A stretch of 48,033 nt of DNA from a virus. Lineage: Duplodnaviria > Caudoviricetes. The notes beneath the pieces are model-generated. The model was not told where the DNA came from, ran no database searches, and saw only the letters and a list, made by a program, of their open reading frames with translations. Shown in pieces: positions 34,858 to 44,413 of this stretch. How positions within the stretch are numbered: the first letter of the stretch is position 1; each line of letters begins with the position of its first letter. Both the position numbers and the translations under genes were made by a program. The stretch lies in the IMG/VR virus record IMGVR_UViG_3300020042_006956, positions 1 to 48,033 of that record; one strand, given 5' to 3'.

Positions 34858-36563
34858 TTTATTATCCTCGAAAAATTCTTTACTTTCTCAAAACGAATTG
34901 TGTTTGCAAATTTATCTTGCAGTATATCTCCTTTATGTGAGATAACAAACAAGTTTACATCATCAAGTGAATGTAAGATTTTCATTAGTTCTTCCGTTCC
35001 AGTCGTATCTAATGACGAATCAAATACTTCATCGAGAATCAATAAGTTAGTGCTTGATGAATTCTTTAACTTAGCTATTGCTCTCCAAGTCAACATCAAT
35101 GCCATATCGATTCTCTGCTTCTCACCTTCAGAAAAATTGTGATAACTAAAGTCATCACGATGACGAGATTTAATTGTTTCTTTAAATGATTCATCAAGAT
35201 TAAAGTTTACAAAAAAATCTAGTGAAGCCAAATACTTATTCACCATCTTATTAATGATAGGTAAATACTGTTTAATGATCTTTGTCTTAATGCCAGAGTC
35301 TTTTAATAAATTCGTGGCAACTTCATAATAAGATTTCTCATCAAGCAATTCTTTCAATTCTTCTTGTGCAGTTTTAATCTGCGTTTTAATAATAGTCAAT
35401 TCATTCAGATCAGCATCTTCTTTTTCTGTAATACTTAAATCAGAAATTAATCCTTTTAATCGAGCAACATATAATCGTATGGCTTTAATTGATGCATTCT
35501 TAGTTGCAATCTCAACTTGAAAATTATGCATTTTACTTTGAAAGGTTTTGATCTTATTAAGTTTTATTTCTTTTTCATTCAACTTAATTTTCAAATCTTC
35601 CAATGCATCAATAAATTCTTTTTCTTTTATAGTCAGATCACCAAACTCTTTTTCTTTAAACTCTACTGGAATTGTTTGCTTGCATGTGCTGCAATTATCA
35701 TTATGTTCATAGAAGTGTCGATCATTAGCAATCTTGGTTATCTTGCCTTCTATCTGAACTTCAATCTTTCTAATCTGTTTAATCTTTGCTTCGATATCTG
35801 GCATTTGAAGAACTATATTATTCAGACGAGTATTTTTCCATTCAAGAGTCTTTATTTCACTTTGCAATATTTCTGATTGAGTTTTATTAAGTTCCAATTC
35901 TTCTTGATATTCTTTTATCTTAGCATCATTATCTTGATTGAGTTTATTGATATGTTCATTTTTTAAGTTATATCTTTGAGTCAATAATTCAATTTCATTT
36001 TTCTTCAACAAAAGATTTTCTTTATTCTTCGATGTACGTTCTTTTGCCAAACTATTCATTGTAGAAAATATTTGAATGTCTAACAAATCTTCAATAATCG
36101 AACGTCTATCTGATGCAGACAATTGCATGAATGGTGTAAATGAAGCCGAGCCAAGAATTACAATCTGAGTAAATGATTTATAATTTAGTTTGAGAATAAA
36201 CTTTTCAAGATATTCTTGGTAATCACGTGCAGCAGCATCTTGATTAATCAACACACCGTCTTGATATATTTCAAAAACGTTAGGTTTAATTCCACGAACT
36301 ACTTTGTATTCTTTATTGCCAATATCAAATTGTACTTCAACAATACAATCTTTCTCATTGATCGAATTTAATAAACTTGGTTTAGTAATGCTTCTAAAAG
36401 CTTTACCAAACAAGGCAAAGCACAACGCATCAAGCATCGTTGATTTACCTGAACCATTTTGTCCAACAATAAGAGTGTTGGCATGATTGTTTAGTTTTAT
36501 TTCAGTAAAGTAATTACCCGTTGAAAGCATGTTCTTCCAACGCAAATTTTTAAAAAGAATCAT
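34854..36563 (-). CDS. 46: SbcC/Rad50-like recombination endonuclease subunit gp46
   Basis: GQNGSGKS, coiled coil with CSTC hook, FSEGEKQR, LILDEVFD, ISH. Confidence 0.95.
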   Translation of the reverse strand: MILFKNLRWKNMLSTGNYFTEIKLNNHANTLIVGQNGSGKSTMLDALCFALFGKAFRSITKPSLLNSINEKDCIVEVQFDIGNKEYKVVRGIKPNVFEIYQDGVLINQDAAARDYQEYLEKFILKLNYKSFTQIVILGSASFTPFMQLSASDRRSIIEDLLDIQIFSTMNSLAKERTSKNKENLLLKKNEIELLTQRYNLKNEHINKLNQDNDAKIKEYQEELELNKTQSEILQSEIKTLEWKNTRLNNIVLQMPDIEAKIKQIRKIEVQIEGKITKIANDRHFYEHNDNCSTCKQTIPVEFKEKEFGDLTIKEKEFIDALEDLKIKLNEKEIKLNKIKTFQSKMHNFQVEIATKNASIKAIRLYVARLKGLISDLSITEKEDADLNELTIIKTQIKTAQEELKELLDEKSYYEVATNLLKDSGIKTKIIKQYLPIINKMVNKYLASLDFFVNFNLDESFKETIKSRHRDDFSYHNFSEGEKQRIDMALMLTWRAIAKLKNSSSTNLLILDEVFDSSLDTTGTEELMKILHSLDDVNLFVISHKGDILQDKFANTIRFEKVKNFSRIIK

Positions 36564-37630
36564 TCTGTAGTTTCAGTGTTTAAGGCTTCAACATATAATT
36601 CACGCATAAGAAGTTTTAATTTATCCGCTTCAACATTCAAAGTTAAGTTGTCGATATACTTTGACAAGATAGTCATCGTATCTTCCGCTTGATCAATTAA
36701 TTCTTGATCATCATCAATCAACACTTCACTAAAATCTTCCACGATTGAAATGTCAGCTACTCCTGCTTTGTATAAATTTTCTACAAGCAAATCAAATATA
36801 AATGGATTTTGTTTATTGACAACAACAACTTTTACATATGTCTCTGCATATATTGAGCAATCTTTATTTCTAATTTCTTCAATAGATTCGGTAACATCAT
36901 CATAAAAGATTTTGTGAAACATCTTATATGGATTACGGATGAATTCTAATTCTCTTGTGTGAGTATCAAAGATATGAAATCCTCGAGGATCGTCATGATC
37001 AGACCATGTCATCTCACCGGGAGTACCAACATAATAAATGTGTCCGTCATCAGACTTATGGTGGAAGTGACCAGTCAATACCACATCATACTTTGACAGA
37101 TCAGATTTTTGAATACCTTCATGGCAAATATTACCTCGATCCATTTGGAATCCAGATATCTCAAAGTGACCAAAACAAATTTGAGATTTAGTTTTCTTTA
37201 TTTGATCAAAGATTTCAGCTTCGTTATCGTCACATATCCAAGGTACAATATCAATACTGATACCGTCACAATCAATTGTACTGAAAGAATCGTATATAAC
37301 AATATTATCATATTCGTTTAATAGTAACTGTGATGAGTTGACTTCTAAAGTATTTTTAAATGCAACGTCATGATTACCAAGTAATGTGTAGAACTTGATA
37401 TTGTTATCTTTCAGTTTATCGAAAAAATATTTACGGCACAGGTATAATGAATTGAAATTAATGAATTTGCGGCGATCAAATAAATCACCAAGTTGCACTA
37501 CAGTATCAATTTTATTCTCAATGAGATAAGGAAAGAATGTTTCAGAATAGAACTTCTCCATATATTTATGGAAGTCTAAAGAATCACCTCTCATGCCATG
37601 ATGAGTATCACCGAGTATGCATAGTTTCAT
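36560..37630 (-). CDS. 47: SbcD/Mre11-like nuclease subunit gp47
   Basis: GDTHHG, LGDLFD, GNHD, GHFH. Confidence 0.95.
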   Translation of the reverse strand: MKLCILGDTHHGMRGDSLDFHKYMEKFYSETFFPYLIENKIDTVVQLGDLFDRRKFINFNSLYLCRKYFFDKLKDNNIKFYTLLGNHDVAFKNTLEVNSSQLLLNEYDNIVIYDSFSTIDCDGISIDIVPWICDDNEAEIFDQIKKTKSQICFGHFEISGFQMDRGNICHEGIQKSDLSKYDVVLTGHFHHKSDDGHIYYVGTPGEMTWSDHDDPRGFHIFDTHTRELEFIRNPYKMFHKIFYDDVTESIEEIRNKDCSIYAETYVKVVVVNKQNPFIFDLLVENLYKAGVADISIVEDFSEVLIDDDQELIDQAEDTMTILSKYIDNLTLNVEADKLKLLMRELYVEALNTETTE

Positions 37631-37634
37631 ATGA

Positions 37635-38174
37635 CTATTCTACAGAGTTTTCTATAAAGTTGTCAAGGCCTTCAACTTTCTTTTCCTTTTTCTTTTTCTT
37701 GTTTTCTTCAAAGTTATGAATGAATTCGGAGATATTATCGTACATCTCAAACTGTTTCATATTGCCAAATTCATCTTCATACATTTCACCTTCATCAAGT
37801 AATCCAAATTGCTGTGTAGCTTTATACTTGACATACAATTGTTTCTTCTCTTTCATAATGCGACGGAGAAAAGCATAGTATATTATTTGGGTAAAATAAG
37901 CAAATGGATTCTTTGATTTATCTGGATCAAAATTGCGGAAATACATAATACAATTCTCAATCCCATCAGAGATCATCTCATCACGGAAAGTATATGAAAT
38001 GAAGTTTGGTTTACGTGACAAGTGTTCAGCAATTTTTAAAAAGCATTCACCCACATAATTCGGTATTGCTGGTTCGGATTTGTTTTCTTGTTCCGCAATC
38101 TTGCAGTCCTCTTTATACTTAATGAGTGCTGCAAGAAAATCGGCATTGTTCACATAATGATTTGATTTGCTCAT
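37635..38174 (-). CDS. 55: Late-transcription sigma factor gp55
   Basis: HYVNNADFL, KIAEHLS.KPNF, EMISDGIEN, NPFAYFTQIIYYAFLRRI.KEKKQ. Confidence 0.95.
   Translation of the reverse strand: MSKSNHYVNNADFLAALIKYKEDCKIAEQENKSEPAIPNYVGECFLKIAEHLSRKPNFISYTFRDEMISDGIENCIMYFRNFDPDKSKNPFAYFTQIIYYAFLRRIMKEKKQLYVKYKATQQFGLLDEGEMYEDEFGNMKQFEMYDNISEFIHNFEENKKKKKEKKVEGLDNFIENSVE
37637..37666 (-). promoter_or_regulatory. Sigma70-like promoter TTGACA-N18-TAGAAT just upstream of gp47
   Basis: In the 3' end of gp55; the -10 ends 6 nt before the gp47 ATG. Confidence 0.55.
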
Positions 38175-38194
38175 AATATTACCTTAGGTTTTCC

Positions 38195-38223
38195 TTGACA
38201 TCATTTTTGGTAGGTGTTAAAAT
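38195..38223 (+). promoter_or_regulatory. Antisense sigma70 promoter TTGACA-N17-TAAAAT with extended -10 TGn
   Basis: On the + strand in the gp55 upstream gap, pointing into the 3' end of the sugar cassette. Confidence 0.65.
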
Positions 38224-38249
38224 GCTTGTGTTCCATTAGAATATCTATC

Positions 38250-39182
38250 CTATATGTTACCATAAATGTTGTTACTAATCATTTGATATCCTTTGATTAG
38301 TTCTTCTACTCCATCATCTAACGTATGCCATGCTTTCCATCCTGTAGCTTCTAACTTAGCATTCGAAACAACGTAGTTTCGTTGATCAGGATCTTTCTTA
38401 ATATCTCCCTCTACTACAGTAAATCCAGGAACATGTTTCTTAATTGCTTCACACAATTCTATCTTAGACACATTAGCATCTGACAACCCTACATTATATA
38501 TCTGATCTTTCATATCATCATAATTCTGTATGGCATGCATGAAAGCCCAAGCAACATCTCTCACATGAATATAGTTACGTTTAAAGTGACCTTCAAATAT
38601 AATTACATATCCATCTTTGACTGCACGATAAGTTAAATCATTTACCAATAAATCAGTACGCATACGTGGTGCCATACCGAATACAGTAGCTAAACGATAG
38701 CTGATTGCATTACCTCTATCCATTAATTCTTTTTCTACTGCAACTTTATCAATGGCATACTTAGAGATTGGACGTAATTCAGATTCTTCAGTACAGAAAT
38801 TATTCTCATCACCTGTGCCGTAAGCACTGTTAGTTGTTGGCATAATAACAGATTGATCTTTAGATAGATGTTTCAACATCATACTAATAGCATCTTTGTT
38901 TGTTGTTTGTGCTCCTAGTACATCTTTATTGCATAACGGTGCGCCAACTAAAGCTGCCAGAGGAATGATTACATCGGCATCTTTAAGTAAAGGTACAATG
39001 TGACTTTCATTTCGAATATCACCATTCACAACATCAAAATTTTGATAGCTGCACAATTGATTTAAGCTTGCTTGCTTAAACATAAAATTATCGATTACGG
39101 TTACTTTATGTCCCGCATCTAATAACATTGGTGTCAACATCGACCCAATATAACCTGCTCCACCTGTAACTAAAATTTTCAT
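38250..39182 (-). CDS. NAD-dependent nucleotide-sugar epimerase/dehydratase/reductase (extended SDR)
   Basis: VTGGAGYIG, YAIDK (YxxxK), RLATVFG, RNYIHVRD. Confidence 0.9.
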   Translation of the reverse strand: MKILVTGGAGYIGSMLTPMLLDAGHKVTVIDNFMFKQASLNQLCSYQNFDVVNGDIRNESHIVPLLKDADVIIPLAALVGAPLCNKDVLGAQTTNKDAISMMLKHLSKDQSVIMPTTNSAYGTGDENNFCTEESELRPISKYAIDKVAVEKELMDRGNAISYRLATVFGMAPRMRTDLLVNDLTYRAVKDGYVIIFEGHFKRNYIHVRDVAWAFMHAIQNYDDMKDQIYNVGLSDANVSKIELCEAIKKHVPGFTVVEGDIKKDPDQRNYVVSNAKLEATGWKAWHTLDDGVEELIKGYQMISNNIYGNI

Positions 39183-39183
39183 A

Positions 39184-40359
39184 TTATACCTTATTCAAAA
39201 TATCTACGATTTCTTTAATACTTTCAATCTCTAATGTAGGATAGTTTCCGATGTAGAATCCATAGAAATGCATGTGATCTGTATTAGGAAACTTTTTGTA
39301 GTGATCTTTATCAACAATACCTTTTAGATATGGTTGACGTAACTGATTACCGCCACCTGCTGAACCTCGTCTAAATTCTATACCAGCTTCTTTCATAGTA
39401 GTCATTAAACGTTGAACAAATTCTTCATTGGAATACTCTGGCTGCAAAACTAAATTGAATGCATAATTACTGCAACCAACTAACCTAAAGTCTACCTTAT
39501 ATTTCTTCTGATCTAGTTGTGATAAGAAATAATATAAGTTATTATTACGTAGTATAACATTATTATCGAGGTTCGGCAATTGGCTACGCCCAAGTATGCC
39601 GCCTATCTCTGTATTGCGTACATTGTATGCTGGGAATGCAAAGATAAAGTCTGGATTGAGTTCTGGATTCTCATTAATGTATTCATCTTTCATATCTTGA
39701 TCATTACACTCACGAACCATTCCATGTGAACGTAGCATACGTAACTGGCAATATGTTTTATAATCATTGGTGCAAATCATGCCACCTTCAATGGTACTCA
39801 TGTGGTGAGCAAAGTAAAACGAGAAGTTTGACATATAACCAAAACTACCTAACAGTTTACCATTATGTGTAGCACCATGTGACTCACATACATCCTCAAT
39901 TAAAGGTATATTTCTATATTTTAATTCATGTAATAGTTTATCTGATAAGCAATCGAACCCCTGGGCATACGTGATAAAGACTGCTCTTGTTTTATCCGTG
40001 ATAGCATTAATGACGCCATCAGTATTCATACCTAAAGTATCGAGATCGATATCAACAAATATTGGAGTGAAACCACAATGAAGAATTGTAGCAATGTCGG
40101 AAGACCAAGTGAATGGTGGTACTATAATCTCACCACCATCTGGATGTTGTAACTTGAGGATAGCCATTGATAACAGGTTTGCCGAAGCACCTGAATTAAC
40201 AAAGACTGAATATTTTACACCTAACCATTTAGACCATTCTTCTTCGAATGCTAGACACTCTGGTCCGTTAGTTAGTTTTGGATTATCTTGCTGTAATAGT
40301 TCTATTACCTTACTTAAATCTTCTTTGGTAATATTGTTTTGCATCAACGGATATTTCAT
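39184..40359 (-). CDS. PLP-dependent DegT-family enzyme, ColD-type NDP-4-keto-6-deoxysugar 3-dehydratase
   Basis: VNSGASAN, EDVCESHGA, FSFYFAHHMSTIEGG (His at the usual Lys position); start could be 40365. Confidence 0.8.
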   Translation of the reverse strand: MKYPLMQNNITKEDLSKVIELLQQDNPKLTNGPECLAFEEEWSKWLGVKYSVFVNSGASANLLSMAILKLQHPDGGEIIVPPFTWSSDIATILHCGFTPIFVDIDLDTLGMNTDGVINAITDKTRAVFITYAQGFDCLSDKLLHELKYRNIPLIEDVCESHGATHNGKLLGSFGYMSNFSFYFAHHMSTIEGGMICTNDYKTYCQLRMLRSHGMVRECNDQDMKDEYINENPELNPDFIFAFPAYNVRNTEIGGILGRSQLPNLDNNVILRNNNLYYFLSQLDQKKYKVDFRLVGCSNYAFNLVLQPEYSNEEFVQRLMTTMKEAGIEFRRGSAGGGNQLRQPYLKGIVDKDHYKKFPNTDHMHFYGFYIGNYPTLEIESIKEIVDILNKV

Positions 40360-40361
40360 GA

Positions 40362-41345
40362 TCACCCCATAATAATTTGACTGCCATCATGATCAAATTT
40401 AAATGGCACCCATACATTAATTTGTTTAACTTTATTTTTAATTTCTTCATGCTTATCTGGTGGAGCAATAAACATAAAGAAACCTCCACCACCTGCACCC
40501 ATCAACTTACCACCGTATGCACCAGCTTTAATAGCTGTGTTGTAGATAGTATCTATAACGTCTGTAGAAACGCCTTCTGCTAAACCACGTTTAAGTTTCC
40601 ACGTTTCATTAAGTATCTCACCAATCAAACGAATTTCTAACTGTTTTTCAAATGCTTCAATAGCAATATTTGTCCACAGTTGCATCTTCTTCAAAGTATC
40701 TACAGAAGTTCCTTGCATGATATTAGTTATTTGTTTTTTTGCCTGAACTTCAGAAAAACGACTAATACCAGAAAAGCCTAACAGTACATGATCTTGAAAA
40801 CGATCAATATAATCTGGAGATGTTTTAAGATAGTTTATATTCCAACCTTGACTTGACATGTCGATAATTTTTAAACCACCATGTGCTGCCATAATTTGAT
40901 CTTGAATACCTACAGATTCTCCAATAATTTTTTGTTCAACATGAATAGCATCTTGTGCAAGTTCTAATTGTGTCTTGTAAATATTTTTATACTTGTACAA
41001 TGCATTCAGTAGTCCTACGGTAAAAGAAGAACTAGAACCAATACCAGAACGTGCAGGCAAATCGCCTTCATGACCAATAGAAATACCTTCAGTGATATTT
41101 AAAAATTTTAAACAAGCACGAATAGACGGATGTTCAATCTCATCGACAGAATTTACGTTTTCTATCTTGGAATAAACTATACGAATTGGATGTTCGTGAA
41201 AAGGTGGAAGTTGTTTAACGTGAATATAGCAATGATGATTCATTGCCGCAGATAATACCTTGCTTGGGTTTTCATTGTACCAAGCAGGATAATCTGAACC
41301 ACCGCCAAAGAGAGAGAGTCGATAAGGAGTTTTAGATACTATCAT
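40362..41345 (-). CDS. GHMP sugar kinase, HddA (heptose-7-phosphate kinase)-like
   Basis: TPYRLSLFGGGSD, LPARSGIGSSS, GIQDQ, GKLMGAGGGGF. Confidence 0.88.
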   Translation of the reverse strand: MIVSKTPYRLSLFGGGSDYPAWYNENPSKVLSAAMNHHCYIHVKQLPPFHEHPIRIVYSKIENVNSVDEIEHPSIRACLKFLNITEGISIGHEGDLPARSGIGSSSSFTVGLLNALYKYKNIYKTQLELAQDAIHVEQKIIGESVGIQDQIMAAHGGLKIIDMSSQGWNINYLKTSPDYIDRFQDHVLLGFSGISRFSEVQAKKQITNIMQGTSVDTLKKMQLWTNIAIEAFEKQLEIRLIGEILNETWKLKRGLAEGVSTDVIDTIYNTAIKAGAYGGKLMGAGGGGFFMFIAPPDKHEEIKNKVKQINVWVPFKFDHDGSQIIMG

Positions 41346-42172
41346 TGTAAGACAACCAAAGGTGCTTCTGCCCTTCGTATGTCATTAGCAAAGATAAAGA
41401 AAGAAACGAATCTTTCATTTAGAAATCCTGGGTAACGCCATGGCAAAGGTTCAGAACAATCGTAATGTTTTTTGGTTTGATCTGGAAACACTTCACTACA
41501 TTTAGACCAAACATATTCCATTGCTTCATAATATTCATAGAACATTCTCTTATATATATCTTTACGTGCAACAAATACTGCTTCAAAATGACACACTGTA
41601 CTTGTGGTAAACCAATCAATATGTTTACGATAGAACGGATTCACTCGTATAAGTGCTTCTTTAAATAGATGCCAATATTCAGGCAATTCATATTGCAGAT
41701 ATTGCTGTTCTACTGACATATTGATATTTCTCGGTTTAGTAACAATCATATCAACATCTTTTAGAATATCCATTGCTATTCGTTTAGTTTGATCGTTAGC
41801 TAATGCTTGACAGATATCTGATGTAGGTGATGTCGTTACTTTATCTGGTACATTTTCATCACCATTAAGCATGAAATATCTTCGATAAGAAGAATTACCA
41901 ATATACTCTTCTTCAAAATTATTAGCATTTTTTAGTAACCAATAACTAGTTGCTTCGGCACCCATAGCTTTTATAAACTCATCATCACTTATCATAGGAT
42001 AATAATGTTTAAAATCCATGATTGAATTGACTCCAGTATTGACATCAATATAGTTTCCTGATCCGGGTATGGATTTTAAAACACTGTCACTAGCAAACGT
42101 AGGTTTTATCCACGATGATTCATGAAAGAATGGAAACTCTTTATGAAAATGAGAGAATAAAAGAACACTCAT
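41342..42172 (-). CDS. DUF4422-like putative glycosyltransferase
   Basis: EATSYW, IGNSSYRRYF, RYPGFLNER. Confidence 0.6.
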   Translation of the reverse strand: MSVLLFSHFHKEFPFFHESSWIKPTFASDSVLKSIPGSGNYIDVNTGVNSIMDFKHYYPMISDDEFIKAMGAEATSYWLLKNANNFEEEYIGNSSYRRYFMLNGDENVPDKVTTSPTSDICQALANDQTKRIAMDILKDVDMIVTKPRNINMSVEQQYLQYELPEYWHLFKEALIRVNPFYRKHIDWFTTSTVCHFEAVFVARKDIYKRMFYEYYEAMEYVWSKCSEVFPDQTKKHYDCSEPLPWRYPGFLNERFVSFFIFANDIRRAEAPLVVLQ

Positions 42173-43095
42173 TAGACTTTCCTTTTAGCTATGACTTCTC
42201 TAATCTTTGCAATGATCTCATCTTTAGATGGTGGCAGATTATCTACTTCAGGATGAAATCCTGCTGTTCTATTCTTCAATCCCATTACATCCATTTCAGC
42301 ACCAGATTGTTCGATCAAATCAAAAGCTAAACTCTTAGCAATGCCATCAACATAATCGTCATCTAAAACTATTCCACCATACACTGATCGTTTCAATGAG
42401 TGTACTGCATCTCTGCTTGGCTCAAAAGGTTTGATCTGCATTATGTGATGAATGGCAACACGAATATTTTCTTTTGCCAATTCAGCAGCAGCTTGTTGTG
42501 CTGCAAAACGAGTAATCGATATTGGAAATAAAACAATGTCAGGTTCTTTATAATATAAATCCCATAATCCTTCAGCATTATTATATGCGCCTCTATGTTC
42601 AGAGACATAATATACTTCATCTTCTTCCATGAATTGTTTATATACACTTTGATATTCTGTGGATGTCATTGGTGAAAAGATTTTAATACCGGGCATACGA
42701 TAGTATAATGCATGATGTGACGAACCAGCTACAGGACCAATGCCACCTTCCATAGCAATTGAACGAACAAACATAGGACAAGGCACGCCCCAAATTTCTT
42801 TCGACTTTGCCGCATAGTTAATAATGCTTGGTGCATTATACCAATTAAATCCTTGATAACGAATAACATACATTGGCCGACGACCAACTAATGCTGCGCC
42901 AACTGCTATAGCACCACCAGCAACATCTGCCATTGACAACTCAACCATACCATCTTCTTCGTATAGTTCTGGTAGAGTGCCACCGACCCAACCAACAGCA
43001 GTCAAACATTGACCCATAGCTATTCCATCTTCATTTTTTAAATGATGATGAACAATCTGTTTAATTGTATCTTTTAACGTAAATGTTTTATCCAT
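42172..43095 (-). CDS. ThDP-dependent enzyme, E1-beta/transketolase C-terminal-like subunit
   Basis: GQCL, GRRPMYVIR, NYAAK, PGIKIFSPMT, IKPF; overlaps the alpha subunit gene. Confidence 0.8.
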   Translation of the reverse strand: MDKTFTLKDTIKQIVHHHLKNEDGIAMGQCLTAVGWVGGTLPELYEEDGMVELSMADVAGGAIAVGAALVGRRPMYVIRYQGFNWYNAPSIINYAAKSKEIWGVPCPMFVRSIAMEGGIGPVAGSSHHALYYRMPGIKIFSPMTSTEYQSVYKQFMEEDEVYYVSEHRGAYNNAEGLWDLYYKEPDIVLFPISITRFAAQQAAAELAKENIRVAIHHIMQIKPFEPSRDAVHSLKRSVYGGIVLDDDYVDGIAKSLAFDLIEQSGAEMDVMGLKNRTAGFHPEVDNLPPSKDEIIAKIREVIAKRKV

Positions 43096-43886
43096 GCTTC
43101 TCTCACTAGTTCTTCTGCATATTTAACGTGTTTATCACCAATATGTGCTGTGTATTCTTTATGGCGATCTGGAGTATTTGGATCATCGATACCTGCACCT
43201 GCATGCCAGAATTTTCTATTCGTAGAAATGTTAAGTAATAAAGGTTGATTGGTACTACATGTTTTGAGTATCTCTAACATTCTAATAGGATCATCATCAC
43301 ATCCAATGCCCTTCATCTTATACGCATTGGCAACATCTTGCATCTCCCAATTACGTCTAACTTTTTTTTCTGTTAGAATAGAAAGATTATTATCTTCTAC
43401 GATGTACCAAATAGGTAATACTTTAGTTGATGCCCAACCCATAGCTGCAACAAAGTAATCTTCTTCGGCAGCAGCATCACCTGTGAAGCAAAGAGTGAAT
43501 TTTTTATTACCATAACATGCACCTGTAGCAATAGGACCATGAGAACCCATCAGTCCATCATGACCATATATATTTTTCTCTTTAGATTGAATTGATGCAG
43601 AGCCACCCATGCCACCAGAACATCCACGTTTGTCACCGAGAAGTTCTAGTATAAGTTCATCCATATCTCCACCAAAAGAAAGATATGTAGAGTGACCTCT
43701 ATGTTGTATAAAGATTTGTTTATCGATTGATTCTAAATACGTGGCAAGAGTAGCAGAAATATATTCTTGACCAGCAGAAAGATAGACGGGTATCTTTATT
43801 GTTTTATCTTGTACCCGTCTAAAAACTTCTTCTTCAAATGCACGACATATTGCTGCCTTCTTATGAATCTCAAGTAGCATTTCCAT
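43074..43886 (-). CDS. ThDP-dependent enzyme, E1-alpha-like subunit
   Basis: YLSAGQE, HRGH, GMGGS, GDAAAEE...EDNN ThDP-binding motif. Confidence 0.82.
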   Translation of the reverse strand: MEMLLEIHKKAAICRAFEEEVFRRVQDKTIKIPVYLSAGQEYISATLATYLESIDKQIFIQHRGHSTYLSFGGDMDELILELLGDKRGCSGGMGGSASIQSKEKNIYGHDGLMGSHGPIATGACYGNKKFTLCFTGDAAAEEDYFVAAMGWASTKVLPIWYIVEDNNLSILTEKKVRRNWEMQDVANAYKMKGIGCDDDPIRMLEILKTCSTNQPLLLNISTNRKFWHAGAGIDDPNTPDRHKEYTAHIGDKHVKYAEELVREAWIKHLR

Positions 43887-44412
43887 TTTTCACCATATCA
43901 ATAGCAGTTTTCATCCAAATGCCCATGTGATCATAGTGCGGAGAAGAAACTATGTTACGATCAACTACAACAGGCTCATTAACATATGTAGCACCAGAAT
44001 TATTGATATCATCTTCTAAACTATAGTAGCCACTGATCTTTCTACCAGATACAACTTTTGCAGAGATTAACAACTGAGCACCATGACATGTGCTGGCAAT
44101 AACTTTTCCTGCTTTGTCCCAATCAGAAATAAATTTGATTACTTGTTTTTCTTGACGTAGTTTTTCTAAAGCCTTAACACCGCCTGGCAATATCAGAATA
44201 TCATAATCATTTAAGAAATGTTGATAGTTTGTTCCATCATCTAATAAATCGACTTTTACATGAGAAGTCATATTTGATCCCATGATACCAAAAAATTTAC
44301 CTGTAACGTTTGACATTACTGTAACATGATCAGTTTCTTCTTTTAAACGATAGTATGGATAAACTAGTTCCTGATCTTGAAAATTTTCCCATGTTATAAT
44401 CAATGCTTTCAT
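43870..44412 (-). CDS. DJ-1/PfpI family protein
   Basis: FQDQEL.YP, ILPGG, STCHGA, VVVDRNIVSS. Confidence 0.88.
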   Translation of the reverse strand: MKALIITWENFQDQELVYPYYRLKEETDHVTVMSNVTGKFFGIMGSNMTSHVKVDLLDDGTNYQHFLNDYDILILPGGVKALEKLRQEKQVIKFISDWDKAGKVIASTCHGAQLLISAKVVSGRKISGYYSLEDDINNSGATYVNEPVVVDRNIVSSPHYDHMGIWMKTAIDMVKNGNAT

Positions 44413-44413
44413 A

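Noticed and set aside
42172-43886. Pyruvate dehydrogenase as a central-metabolism auxiliary gene
   Set aside because: No E2 or E3, divergent short subunits, and embedded in a nucleotide-sugar operon.
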